Shown: piece after piece, positions 1 through 18,472 of the stretch | Layout of the letters: every line of letters starts with the position of its first letter | How positions within the stretch are numbered: the stretch's first letter is position 1 | From: the human T2T-CHM13v2.0 reference genome, Homo sapiens | DNA: 64,000 bases | Reading direction: 5' to 3' (one strand) | Assembly: GCF_009914755.1 (NCBI RefSeq) | Contig: NC_060929.1 | Notes under the pieces: model-generated | Told to the model about the DNA's origin: nothing | The model's database searches: none | What the model saw: the letters and a program-made list of their open reading frames with translations, nothing else | Made by a program: the position numbers and the translations under genes

Positions 1-1944
1 GGAGGTGCAGATGAGCTGGGGGCCCGGGCCTGGCGGCAGGCTCTGTCCTCCAGGCTCCCAAAGGCCTTGCTGTGGCTCCCACCAGCTGGGCCCAGGCCTG
101 AAGCAGCGACAAACCTCTTTTCCCACCCCACCTCAGTGACCTGGTGGCCATCTGGTCTCCCAGCCAACTTTGCCCAGCCTAGACAAAGCCCCCGATGGCT
201 GCTGGGATGCAGCACCTTTGGGTGGCGGTGGGTGTGGACAACTCATGTTTATTAAATAATTATGTGTGTATTTCCAAGTTCCTGATTGAAAAATGGAGGT
301 TTAGAGAGGTAAAAATAGGTTGCCTCAAGTGACACAGTCAGGGAACTTCTGGGTTTTTTGGAGTCTTTCTGGCCTCTGGAGACCTGTCTTTAGCAAGTTG
401 CCTGGAGGCCAGGGGCTGCCCCTGTTCCTTACTCTTCTGCATAGCCCTCAGGTAGGGACAGAGCTCAAATTTTAAGTTGAGCAGCACCCATGTGCACCTG
501 CAGCAGGTGTTGCAAGTGGTTCTTGGCTACCTTCTTCACACACAGGGCTCATCAAAGGTTATTTCAAAGAGGCCCTCTGCCTTCTGGGTGTCCAGACACA
601 GTTGACTACATCAGTAGGCTCATGCTGGGGTCGACTGGAAAGGGGTGGGCTCCTCAGGATTCTGGGCTAGCTGTTTATTTTGGTTGTTCAACCCTGACAG
701 AGGCCACAGACTCAGAACCAGAGGGAGTCCTCTCAACAGAATTTGAGGCCTGCAGCTCAAGCTGGAATACAAGACTCCAGCTTGAAAGGCTTTTCCAACA
801 TCTGAGTGCCTGCTGCAGGGGATGGAGAAGAAAGGCTTTCAGAGCCCAAAGAGCCTTAGATCATCAAGGCAACTCCCTCATGTGACAGGTGAGAAACCCA
901 GGGTGCAGAGAGGGATAGGTTGAGAGTCATCTAAAGTCACACAGCAAGCTGATACATCAGCCAGGATTCAAAACCATGTGTCCTGGCCTTTGGATTCTGA
1001 GTCCCATGGTGGGGTTGACTCAGGTGTTTGCTGGCAGCACTGCTCTCCTGCAAAGCCAACCCCAATACCCTAAGATACCTAATTGGTGGTGTTCTAGTGG
1101 ACCTGAACTGGCACTTTGGCTGCATGTGATGAGGTACACAGCCCTTTGTGAACTTCCTTCCTCCAGCTCACACCCACAGCTCTGGATGTGGGCCCCTTTA
1201 AGCACAAGGTTGAAGCAAAAGGGGAAAAATGGAAGGGAGAGGCTGAGGAAGAAGAGGCAAAAGAAGGGAGTGGAAGGAGGGAAAAAGTGAAGAGAAAGTG
1301 AATGCAGTTGAATTTCTGCAGATAAAAGCTCCAAAGTGGGGCAGCTGTCACACTGGGTTAATTTCCTGAAGTCGAATGACCTTGGAAATGTCACTTTCTG
1401 CTGGTTTGTCCTATCATGCTGTACCAGGACTTAGCTTCCTAGAGATAGGAAATTAGTCTGGCAGCAGCAAAATCCAAGCAGGCTGACCTTACCATCCCCG
1501 CAGCCAGCTGGGCCTGGATGGCCATTTCCTAAGCCTGTCACTCTTCCAGTCTGGATGTTTACTTGAGGGGATGGGAAGGTGGGCTCCTGAGCGAGGAAGG
1601 CCATGTAAGCCTCGGGTTCCTCCAAGCCTGCTCTTGATGATGAGGTTCCTAAGCTCCCTCCCCTACCCAGCCTGCTTTCAGGAAAGACCGAGTTCAGTCA
1701 AACCTGAGGGTTAGGATCTGTACAGCCTCTCCCACAGGCCTGGACAGTTAAGGCTCATCACCCAAAGGAAAAAAAAAACGTGTTTCCCTGAAGGACTGGA
1801 GCAGGAGGAGAAGACATTTAGGACCAGCGCCCTTTTTTAAGCTCTTTGAAATAAAAACATATTCATATATTGATCAAATATTTGAGTGCCTATTGAATGC
1901 CATGCACTGCTATAGGACTTTGAGAGGGCATCAGATTCACACTA

Positions 1945-2150
1945 ATATAGATTAGAATCTAGGCTCTGCTACTAACAAACTGGAAACTTTGGCAGGTTAC
2001 TTAAATTTTTCTGATTCTCATTTGTCTAATCTGAAAAATGGGCCTGGTAAAACCTGCTTCATGGGGTTATTAGGAGGGCTGGATATAACACATGAAAAGT
2101 ACCTGGCATAGTTAGTGAATTCTCATGAATGGTAGCTGTTATTATTACAT
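1945..2150. mobile_element. MIR SINE, representative of many MIR relics (e.g. near 880, 7330, 10540, 11320, 18830, 25220, 26420, 30450, 38410, 47600, 49080, 56700, 58000, 59120)
   Basis: MIR core motifs (ggcaggttacttaa...ctcatttgtctaatctgaaaaatggg...cctggcatagttagtg). Confidence 0.7.
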
Positions 2151-2778
2151 GTGTAAGGACATTTTTTCACCTCTTGGACATTGGTCATTTTCCTTATGCC
2201 TTAGGAGAGGAGATCAGGGACTTGGTGTGGAGGGGTGGCAGTAGACTCTGAAGGCTTTGCCCCTAGCCAATATCTCAAGGATACTCCACATCTGGAGAAG
2301 GAAATCTAAACCCCTAGACCCAGTGCAAAGTTTGGGGGATAGATTTTATAGAAGGGAGTATCCCTGGCCTTGACCGTGAGCAACACCATCCACCTGGCAG
2401 GCTCATTTACTTTGAAGTTGCTGTGATTTTCTAGGCTTTATGCCTTAGTTCCTGCTATTATTGGTAATCATGCTTGAATACTCTTTCCTATCTTGTTTGA
2501 TTGAAATGCTGAGTAACTTCAACCCCACTTTCTCTAGGATGGCTTTCTTAGTCTCCTTGGTTATAATAAATCATTGGCTCCTGAATAAAATGCCCCATTG
2601 TATTTTATTCTTACTTGCCGAGTATAAGTTACAGAGCTGGGTCTACCTATTCTGCAAAGGTGTTGGGTTGCCAGGGCCTGTTCACCTCTGTTTGGCCCCT
2701 CTTTTAGAGTCTATGCCCAGAAGGTAGTGGGGCAAGACATGTTCTGAGCAGGGAGTGGGTGAACCTGGTCAGAACTCA

Positions 2779-3003
<225 letters not shown>

Positions 3004-3719
3004 CTACAGCCAGGAAATAACAAGGTGAAGGCAATGTTAGGCCCAAGGACATCAACTTTTGGAGGACCTGGGTGCTTTTGGCCAGTAAAACCTTTTCTGG
3101 AGGATGTTATTAAGTGTGGTTGCATCTTATATGGGGGTGAGACATAAAAGGTGTGTATCAGGCAAAACCATGGGAGTCATAATTACTCCTGAAAATCCTC
3201 TAAATGCCCCATGAGGTATATTCAACCCTGAACTGAGATTATGTAAATGTTATTCTTTATTTTGAAAAAAATTAAACTAAAGAAAAATTCAAAGATGGAT
3301 GTAATGAACACTTGTTTTCATCATCCTGTTAATATTTTGTCATGTTTGCTTCATTTTTTTTAAATAAGAGAAAAAATACATTGCAGATAAATTGAAGTCC
3401 CCCTTTTACCCTCAACCCCAATACTACAGTACTTCTTAGGCACACTAAGATTTGAGAGTCACTGGTCTAGACAAATTGAAGGAATGAAAGGAAAAAATCA
3501 AAGCTGATGTCTGAGCATTCAAACTATTCTGCCTAAAGAGAACAATTAATTCTCAAGAAGTGAAGGAGGGATGGGCGGAAGAATTCTGTAGTGTTCCTGC
3601 TGGTCCTAGGGTTCATCCCATTCGCTTTTAATACCAGCCTTCTATAACTTACTGTGACATATGTTGATTTGTTTGGAAAGGTTTACTAGATGTCATGGAG
3701 TCACATCTTACTAGCTTCT

Positions 3720-5523
<1,804 letters not shown>

Positions 5524-6115
5524 ACATCTTACTAGCTTCTAAACTCAATGCTTAGTTAATGTTTCTCTGATGGTACTGCAGTGTAGTTATTCCACTGAAA
5601 GAAAAATTCAGGAGCCAAATCAATTAGGGAAATGTTAGACCGGATGAAATACAATAGGCTTCTTTATTGCAGGACTTCTCAGAGACCTTAATATGCTGAT
5701 GAGTTGTGTGCATCTCAAGAAGGGAATAGAATATGGTTTATTTTGGCCATGGAATTCTTATATTTGTGCATGGTGAGTATCTTCTATAGAATATAGGTTA
5801 GGAATAGCTGTTCTAGTCAAAACTCCATCCCCACCTCCCACATTTTTTTTGTCTAGATAAAGAGACTGAAGTCCAGGGAGAATTGAGACTGGCTCAATGT
5901 CACTCTGAAAATGTAGGGCCAGAGCTGATTTTAGAACCCAAGTGTTCTGACTTCTAGCTGAGAGTTTGCTCAGTTGCCTCAGCTGATCCTAGAGGAACTG
6001 AAAGAGTCCATTCAGTTTCTATTCACAACGTGAGGAGCTATTATGGTATGGGTAGATCTCAATAGCAGAAAACTGGGTCAGGCAGTTAAGAAATATTTCC
6101 ATTAAGAAAGTTTTT

Positions 6116-6440
<325 letters not shown>

Positions 6441-9400
6441 GAAAGTTTTAAATTTTGTTACAGAGACATTGTAAACCTGGAGTTCATGAATATCATGACA
6501 CAAGTAGAGTTTAGGGTATATTTGTGTTTCCCAAGCAGGAAGGGCATAGCTCTCTATGTTGGATCTCCCAAAGGGTCTATAGTTCCCCAAATGATTAATA
6601 TCCTCAGTTCAAGTCCAACTTTAAATGCTTTCCTCCAAGGAATAATCTCCATACATGAGGACCTGCTATTCCCGAGGGTGCTGGATAAATGAGGTCATGC
6701 AATATTTTCTTTTGGAATGCTGCTTATAAATCCTCATCAGTCTTGATCTGTTATCAGCAGGGATAAACTAAAACAAACAACCTTCCTCCCCACTCTCACC
6801 CTCACCCCTGCTCAATTCCTCCTACAGCTCATGCCTCAGTCTGTTTGCCTATAGAAATATCAATAGCTTCATAAAATGTTCCAAGATATTTTATAGGATT
6901 GTTCTATAATTTAATTGCAGCCTCTCCCTCCAGCCCCATAGAAAGTGACATTTGGCCTCATAATCTCACATCTTATAAGTCCCATGGTGGTGGAAGAACT
7001 TCAGGCCTGGCCTGAGTGTTGGCTCTTTGTCCTGTTGATGGTAATGGATAACTCCCATTCTGGTCCCATCTGATCAGGGGATTGGAAATAGTCTCTCCTT
7101 CTCCTTCTCCCTTGGATTTTGCGTGAAGTGTGCATGTGTGTGTGTGTGTGTGTTATGATGAGGCATTGGGCAAGTCACATCAGAGTGAACAGACTATGAA
7201 TGGTTGGGCAGAAAAAGCCTTCAGTCCCCAAGCCCCAGCTGCACTTTTGATGTTCTTGCCAGTGACATGTCAAGTCCGTTTATGTGGCTAGCAGGAAGAA
7301 AAGAAAGTGGCATTTCTTAAAATGGTCTGTTAGGCAGCAGGCGCCGTTCTAGATACTGTCACATACATTTTATCCTCACAAAATCCCTGCAAGCTAGACA
7401 TTCAGATTCCCATAGTGAGGGTAAGAAAACAGGTTTGGAAAGGCTGAGAAATGTGTCCCAGGAGCAGGGCCAGTGAGTGGCAGAGCTAGGACTGCAATCA
7501 GCATCAGCCTGAGCCTCTAGTGAGCACTTGTGATTTACGTCACATGGTGTGGACAGCCAATCCTGTGTGAGGGACACTTTCCGTCAGCCTCATTGCTCAG
7601 GCAAATTCTGCCTTCTCAGCTTAAGGCTTATCTCCTGCAGGAGACTTGATGCCCCAGGCTTCCCTGACCTCTTCCTTTTTGATCTCCTAGCAAGACCGAA
7701 TCACCTGGAATGTTTAATTGAGCACTTCTTCACTGTGTATGTCTTATGTCCTCAGCTTGATTGGGAGCAATCTTAGTGGATGAACCAGACCTTATATTTT
7801 CACTGCACCATCTCACCTAGTCACTCAGTCAGTGCACCTATGAGCTACCTAGTACCTATAAGAAGGAAGAGGAGGTAAAGTCAGAAAAAGCTGGAACAGA
7901 ATGGACTTTTCTTATTTTATATCTGGAAAGACTGAGACCCAGAGGGGAAAGGTATTTCCTAAGATCACACAACAATTCAGTAAAGAATCTGGAATTAGAA
8001 CTTGGCTCTGCTTCTCTGAGTCTCACTGTTAAAAGAAGTTAGGCTAGATGGTCTCTAAGAACTTTTCCAAATCTAACAGCTAATTGTTGTTAGTTTTATT
8101 TTTTCCAGCAACATTTAACTGAGCTCTCTTAAGTGCCAGATACTATTCTAGGCACTGAGGAATCCACTGAGAACAAGAAAGATATATTTATTCAGCTCCA
8201 GAGCCTCCAGTGTAATGTTTACACCATACTGAGGAAAGGGCTCTGATAGGGGTTAAACGCAGGGTGCTAGGGAATATAGAAGACAGGTTCCCATCTGGAC
8301 TTGGGGGTGGTGATCAGGAAAGTCTCCAGGTAGAAGTGATATTTAAGGTGAGACCAAATACGGTTGAGCCAAAGAGGGAAAGCATTTTGGGCAGTTGGAA
8401 GTGCATATGTGAAGGCCTAGAGGTAAAGCAAGAGTGTGGCACTTTGGAAAGAATAGCAAGTGAATGAATAGAGGAGTGGGAGGACACATGCAGGGTCTTG
8501 CAAGCTGTACTGAGAAATTTGAACTTTTTCCTAATAATAATGTGGAGCGTTTGAAGAATTTTAAGTAAAGATGGACATTATTACATTTGCATTTTATTAC
8601 TAATATTTAAAAATGTTTTACTGTTATTTCAGAAGCAATGCAAGTTGTCAGTAAAAAATTTATGTTTTAGACGTACATCATCTAAAAGAAGAAAAACAAA
8701 ATAAAATCCATCTCTTTGTATTTCATAATGAGTCTCTCATTATGAAATGACTAATGAAAAGTTAGAGCGAGAGACGGAGAATGTACCTTGGTGTCCTCAG
8801 GCAGCTTGACTCCTACTGGCAGCGCCTGCCCTAGCAGCCGCTACCCAAACAAGTTGCTGCCATTGATTTCCTCCCTTAAGTTGGCAAACAGCAGTGAGAA
8901 ATGCAGTTCAGAAGAGATCAATGTAATTGGTGTAATAGGCCGAAAGCTAAAGGCTGTTTTGCTTATTTGGCCATAGCTATACGTATGCTGGTTGGTGTTC
9001 GACATGCGGGGGGCCATGTTCAAGTTCAGGGACTGGAGGAGCAGCAATTGAATTCTCCACCCTAGAACCTGAGGTTCCACCTCTGAGAGCTGGCTTCTAG
9101 GTCTCAAACTCTCAAGGGTAGCCCACAAACCTGAAGCAGGAGGGATTTCCAGAGCTCTGATTCAACAGTGTTCAGCATCAACTCACCCATCCTGCCTCTC
9201 AGATTCCTTGATGATCTAATTTCTGGTAACTGGGCAACTAGCTGCCCTGCTTATGAGACCAAGGTAGAGCATTAACTCATTCATTTGTTCATTCATTCAT
9301 TCCACAGACATTTATTGAGGGCTTCCTATGCACCACCTGAAGTTGGATCTGTCCCCCACCTCTACCCCCACTGTGCCTCATTTCAGATTCTAACCTCTCC

Positions 9401-9816
9401 TAATAAACTCCTCTAAACTCAGTATTGTGATGAAGTAGGAAGCATGAAGTGTTTTAGTAGGATAGAACTAAGAGCTTGTGCAAGATTGTTGGTGGGAAGG
9501 GTATGTGGAATGCAAGAGGTGGGCCCATTGCAGTCAGAACCAAGAGACATTGCATCAAGAGGTAAACAAAAGAACCAGATTCTTATACCTTTTAAAGTCT
9601 TATCATTCCAGCTCCCAAGGGGATATCTCATCTCGAAACTCAATCCAACTCTATTAACATTTATGAGGCTGATTGGGAGTACAGTTGACGGTGGAGGCAC
9701 AGGGTCTTCATTTGTATACTTAAAGAATTCAGTTTATCTAGTAAGCAAGATAAGGCATGGACACAAATATCTACCACACAAAATTGAAAGTGAGAGGGTC
9801 ATAAGAAGTTCTAACA

Positions 9817-10159
<343 letters not shown>

Positions 10160-12099
10160 TTAGAGATGATTTCCAGCCAAGTTGGGCAAATCTGGAAAAG
10201 CTTTTCAGGAGAAGGTAGCATTTGAGGTGGCCCCTTTCAGTTTGTTCCATCCTCCAGAAGTTAGCATCTCTAGATCTAGGATTGTTCTGAGGTGTGAACA
10301 GTATCTGGTTTCACCTGGAACAAGGCCAGCGATATGCTCTAAGCCTATATGTCTCACATCTTTGAGATAAGGGTAAGACATTAAGACTAGGGCTGCAGCC
10401 TCAGAGTATTTGGAATTAGAATATGTATAATTGGGGGTAAAAGGAATCTCATGTAGAAGGAATAGCACAAGCAGAGGTGTGTAGGCAGGGGCATTCAAAC
10501 AGTTCAGTTTAGCTCAACCATTAGCAGCATAAATAATAATAATTGCCCCTTATTGAGGCCCTACTATACAACAGGCATTATGTCTTAAGCATGCCATACA
10601 TGTCAGCTTATTTTATCTTTAAAACAATCCTATGACTTGGGCATTTTCAACCTAATTTTATAGATGAAGAAAGTGCAGGGAGATTAAGTGCTTTTTCTGG
10701 ATTTACACAGTTAGGAAAGAGTGGGGCTGGTGTTCAAACCTGGTTTGTCTGATTACATAAAGTTCAGGCTCTTAACTACTCTGCTGTGATAAGGCTGCAA
10801 AATGAATTAATTTGACTGTGGATATCCTTAACTGCCAAACCAAGGTATTTGGATTTTATTTGCTAGCCAATTTAGCACCATTGAAGACTTAAGCAGTGGG
10901 GTAATGTCACAGTTTGATTTCAGGAAGATCAGTATGGCAGGAACCACTGTAGACAATTGGAAGCAGGAGAAAACAGGTACAGAAAGACCTGCTTTAAGGC
11001 TGTTGTGACAATCCAGTTGGGAGGTAATAAAGGTTCTAAACTAAGATAGCAGGAATGGAGATTGGAGCTAGATGAGAGAATCATCATTCTTATCATCATG
11101 ATTTTCATCATCAAATATTACAGCTAGAAAGAACCCTGGAGACTTCTGTCTCAACTCTCTCATTTTACAGAAAGGGAGTCTCCCTCAGGGGCACACAGCA
11201 ATTCAATTGACTAAGGTGGAACCTGCATGCAGGAATCCTGTTGGACAGTTGTGAAAACTAAAGCCCTAAAAGCTCAAGTTCCTGCTGCTAGTTACTGGTA
11301 AATTCAGAATTAATAATAACAATGCAAATAATACTAATATTCTGAGACTTCACCACATGCAAGAAACTGTGTTAAGACCTTTATGTGTGTTATTTTTTAT
11401 CTTCACAATAACCCTGTGAGGTAGGTTTTATTGTTATTCTCATTTTGCAGGGAAATCAAGGTACAGAGAGGTTAATGTTACACTCATGACACTGCATAAC
11501 TAGTAAGTGACAAAGCTGGGATTTGAACCCAGGACGTTAATGTCAGAGCCCAAGCGTTTAACCAGTAGACTACACTACCCATGATATCCCAGATATGAAT
11601 TGAGTGACAGTTTGATGACACCTCAGTGTCATTAGGTACTGCCTCTGGCTGCTATGACGTACCTGTGGGTTTTTAGATGCCCACAACTAACAGGAAGTAT
11701 TGAAAAGGGCAAAGGACAGAAAGCTTCTGCCCTAGATTTAGCAGTCTGCTAGTGCTTTATTTCTGCCTCGAGCCATGGATTTGATCTGCTGTCTGCTCTA
11801 TACTCAAGTCCAGTGCTTGTGGACTGCCCAGATCCCTGTCTATTGCCTGCTTGGCCCCAGATGCTTTGTGTCTTGAATTTCTCCTAAGTCACCATGCTGC
11901 CTGGTGCATTCTCATTTAGATATCACACAATCAGAGCTACATTTGTTGTAAAGAACTGTAGATGGTTTGGACCAGTGGAGCTTAGCATCTTTGTTTGTCT
12001 TTAGGGGATCACTAAAGATCAATGTGAATTTAATAATTACATAAGAATGTGAATAGCAGTTCTGTTTATTGGGTGTATTGGATGTCTGACATTTGCTAA

Positions 12100-12392
<293 letters not shown>

Positions 12393-12410
12393 AGAACTTT
12401 CTATGTATCA

Positions 12411-12756
<346 letters not shown>

Positions 12757-14299
12757 CCTTTTCATCAACCTAGCATACTGGGCATTATTATACTTATTTC
12801 ACTGGAGAGGAAACCAAAATTTAGAGTGGTTAAATGGAGGTTAAGTTTCTTGCCCAAGATCACATAGCTAGTAGGTGCTAGGAACAGAGATATGAATCCA
12901 GGACTTCTGGTTCCCAATTTCACACTCTTTTGACAATTATAGGCTGTATCTTCCCATTTAAAAAAAATTTTAAACCAAGTTCAATTTATTTTATTTTAAA
13001 ACATCTATTTAAAATATTTTAAAAGTAAATATTTATTAAAATTATTAAATATTTTAAACATATATTTAAACTTTTTATTAAATATTAAATACAATATGTT
13101 AGACTATCTATTGGGTAGATCAAGGAAATATAGTAGACGTAGTATACTGGGGACCCACTGAGCCCATGTGACAGACAGGTTGGTGCATAAATAACCTTAT
13201 AATCAGTATCAGGCGAAGAATTTTGGATTGGGACATTGAGCAATGAAGTAGATTTATAACTGGTTGCCAAAGGGTGCAAATGGAAGGAAGGAAGGGTGGA
13301 TGTTAACCTGGAAAGAGGAAAGCTGATAGTGTTGGCAGTGCAGGGCACAATGGTGAGACATGCCACTAACAAACTTGGAAATATGGAAACTAAGATCACC
13401 CTCTGAGAGTTAAAAAACAAACAACGGAGATGAATATGCAATGGAGGGATTTGCATGTTCAAATCTGAGGCCTGGCATCAATCTGAATGATCTATGTGTA
13501 ATCTCAATGACTTAGGATGGGCATGTGCTTGTAATGTAATGAGAAGAACCCTAATTTATTGTATTACATCTTGTTTTGGGGACTGTTTTGTAAACATATG
13601 TGGGACATTCATTCTCTAGCATAAGAAAGGGCCGTTCAAGTAGGAGGAATTTGGCAATTGGTAATCTAGCATACTGCATCACTATATTTGTGGAAACACC
13701 AACTTTCTTGCCATTAGAAGGAGGGCTTCTGTGTGGTGACGCAAGGATGGTTTCTTAGAACTCTCTCTGGCCTGGATGAAACTTCCCTCAAGACTGTCTA
13801 CCTCTCTTTTCTCCAATTCCAGTTATGTTAAAAGCAACTTTTGCTTGGCAAGGGAGCACACTCCTGGTGGACATGGCATTCTTATTATTACAATAGAAAG
13901 TCTTACTGTAAATTGGAACAATTTGGCAGTTTGATTTCCCCACTTCAGTCATTCGTGGGTTTGACGGTCATGAGTCAGCCTTCTGGAATTTGATCTGATG
14001 AAGAGTCACGCTCTGGGCAGTCATAAGTTCATTGCTGTGACACCTCCCCTGGTGTACTGGGAGAGAATCATCCAGCAGATGGTACCAAGACTGCTCATCA
14101 CCCCATGGTCTGCTTGTGATAGACTCTAATGGCATTTCTGAGGGCTTTCTCCTTGGCCCTCTCTTAGTCTTTTGTTTACTAAAGCTTTGTTGAGTGTGGC
14201 ACCATATCTAATTGGATAACGCTGAATAGACTTTCTCTTGGATCCCCCAGACCCAAGAAGATAAGAAGGGACCTAACATAAGCTGTGTAGAGAGACAAA

Positions 14300-15900
<1,601 letters not shown>

Positions 15901-16377
15901 TCCTACTTATATAAAGACATGTATATGTACCTAAATGTATGAACAATCAAGGAAAGGGGACTAGTATGGTGTCCACTAAATTTTATTACCTCAGGATAGG
16001 ACAAAGGGAATTGGAGGGGAGGGCAAAGCAGGGGCATTCTTATTTCTCATTCTCTTTTTCTTTTTTATTGAACTAATTACAAAAGCTTGTTTTCATGTAT
16101 TACTAATGCACTTTAAAAAAATGTTCCAGGGTGCTGCTGTCCGTAAGCATACTGCAAGTGAACACTGTGACATGGTTCCCGAAATGGAAAGGTCTTTGAG
16201 GTGGAATGGGTAGAAATGGATTTTAGGGCCTAGAGAAGGTTTTCCAAGGGCTTCCTGGGGGAGGCAGAGGTTGAGAGAGAGGTCAAGAGAATGAGATTCT
16301 TGGTTTCCTCTCCAGTTCAACCAGAACCACCCATTTAAGAAATTTGTTTATTAAAGTGCTACATCAGATTTACCTTA

Positions 16378-16716
<339 letters not shown>

Positions 16717-16809
16717 CTATTAAAAACAATGCTTTGAAATTCACTAACCCAGAATAAGTATGGCCCCACTTTGCTCTGCTCGGAACACTCCTTGTCAGGC
16801 TGGGTCTAT

Positions 16810-16957
16810 TTCTTTTTCTTTTTAAAAATTGTTATTTTAGATTCAGGGGGTATATGTGCAGATTTGTTACATGGGTATATTGCGTAATGCTGGAGCTTGG
16901 GCTTCTTTTGAACCCATCAACTAAATAGTGAACATAGTGCCCTATAGGTAGTTTATT
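16810..16957 (-). mobile_element. Short 3' end of an older primate L1 (L1PA15-17/L1PB-like)
   Basis: ttttagattcagggggtatatgtgcagatttgttacatgggtatattgc... matches the recalled 3' terminus of old L1PA families. Confidence 0.75.
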
Positions 16958-17392
16958 TCTTCACCTTTCATCTCAAGATGGAAATCAAGTGCTGGATGCA
17001 CTTTGAGGAGAGCACCCTGGTGGTGAAGGGACTGAAAACTAGAGAGAATGGTTGAGGAAGCCAGGCTGGGGAAGGGACAGGGAGAGCCGATCTCAATTAT
17101 GTGAAGGGTTGTCAGTTGATTTGGTTGATTCTGTGTGGCACTAGGTCAGGACTAAAGCTGTGGGTAAATGGAGATTTCAGAGCTGCCCAAAGATGAAATG
17201 GGCAGTCCCTTTACCATCAGGGTGCTCTCCTCAGTGCGCTGAGTTCCACCTTGAGATGAAAGACCAATAAATAAATTACTTATTGGTTATTATGTTCACT
17301 ATTTGGGTGACGGGTTCAATAGAAACCCAAATACCAACATTATGCAATATATCCATGTAACAAACCTCCACATGACCCCTTGAATCTAAAAT
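16834..17392. repeat. Imperfect inverted duplication: arms 16834-17034 and 17203-17392, 168-bp spacer
   Basis: The reverse complement of 17203-17392 aligns end to end with 16834-17034 (about 80-85% by eye), including sequence beyond the L1 fragment. Confidence 0.9.
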
Positions 17393-17480
17393 TGGGAGGT
17401 AGTAGGTTCCCCATCACTGGAGGTGTGCAAGCAAAAAGTACTTGGATATGATGTTTATGGCAGGGATTCTGACAACAGAT
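16960..17480 (+). mobile_element. L3/CR1 LINE relic, interrupted by the inverted copy
   Basis: gaggagagcaccctggtggtgaagggactg, agagctgcccaaagatgaaatgggc and gggaggtagtaggttccccatcactggaggtgtgcaagca resemble the L3 3' region. Confidence 0.65.
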
Positions 17481-17519
17481 GGGGGTGTGCTTAGAGAACC
17501 TTTCCACAAATACTGACTA

Positions 17520-18050
17520 GCTCTTGTGATTTAAGCAGTGTGGTGGGCACTGGAAATATAGAGGTGATTGAGGGAAACAAGGTCCCCACTCCAGCTGAAA
17601 AAGCCAATAAGGCAACAAACAAACAAGTGAACTTTTAAATTTTAGATATTGCTCTGAGGATAATAGAACATGGTGATGTGATAGAGAGTAACTGGAAGAG
17701 AGGGATATTTTTAGGTAGGGGGGTGGAGAAGGACTCCCTGAAGCAATGTCTGAGCTGAGACCTGAAGGGTGAGAAGGAGCCAGGCATGCAAAGATCTTTC
17801 TGGGCAGAGGGAACAGAATGTGGTAAGAACCTTTGCAAGTTGTTGCAGGATTGGAAGTAGGATAATTCTGTGATCCGATTTGCAGTTTAAAATGATCCTT
17901 CTAGAAACTATGGGAAGTGATAGGGAGCATGAGGAGGGGAAGGAAGGAGACCAGTTAGGAGGCCATTTTGTCAAGCAGGAGAGAGATTATGCCAATTTTA
18001 ACTAGGAGCTGAGAGCAACAAAGTGGGAAAAAAGTAGATGGATTTAAGTT
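17520..18050 (-). mobile_element. L2 LINE relic
   Basis: tgagctgagacctgaagg...gagccaggcatgcaaagat...gggcagagggaacag are typical L2 motifs. Boundaries approximate. Confidence 0.65.
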
Positions 18051-18179
18051 TTATTTTTGTGATTTAAAATGTCTGCTTCATTTGATCAACTGATCCCAGG
18101 ATAGGTTGACTTTGACTTGTGACTAAATGACTGCTCCCTAGCCAATGTGTTAATATTTATGTTTGGGTATAAAGGGCTT

Positions 18180-18472
18180 AAAAAAAAAAAGTTGGGGTCT
18201 TGCTTTGTTGCCCAGGTTGGAGTACAGTGGCACAATCATAGCTCACTGCATCCTTAAACTCCTGGGCTCAAGTGATCTCCTCTCTCCTCAGCCTCCTGAA
18301 TAGCTGGGCCTACAGGTGCATGCCACCATGCCCAGCTGATATTTTAATTTTTTTGTAGAGATGGGGTTTCACTTTGTTGCCTAGGCTGGTCTTGAACTCT
18401 TAGCTTCAAGTGATCCTTTTACCTCAGCCTCCCAGAGTGCTAGAATTAGAGCCATGAACAACCACACCTGGC
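18180..18472 (-). mobile_element. AluJ-type SINE
   Basis: Reverse-complement AluJ body with TSD tataaagggctt (18168-18179) / tataaggggctt (18473-18484). Confidence 0.9.
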
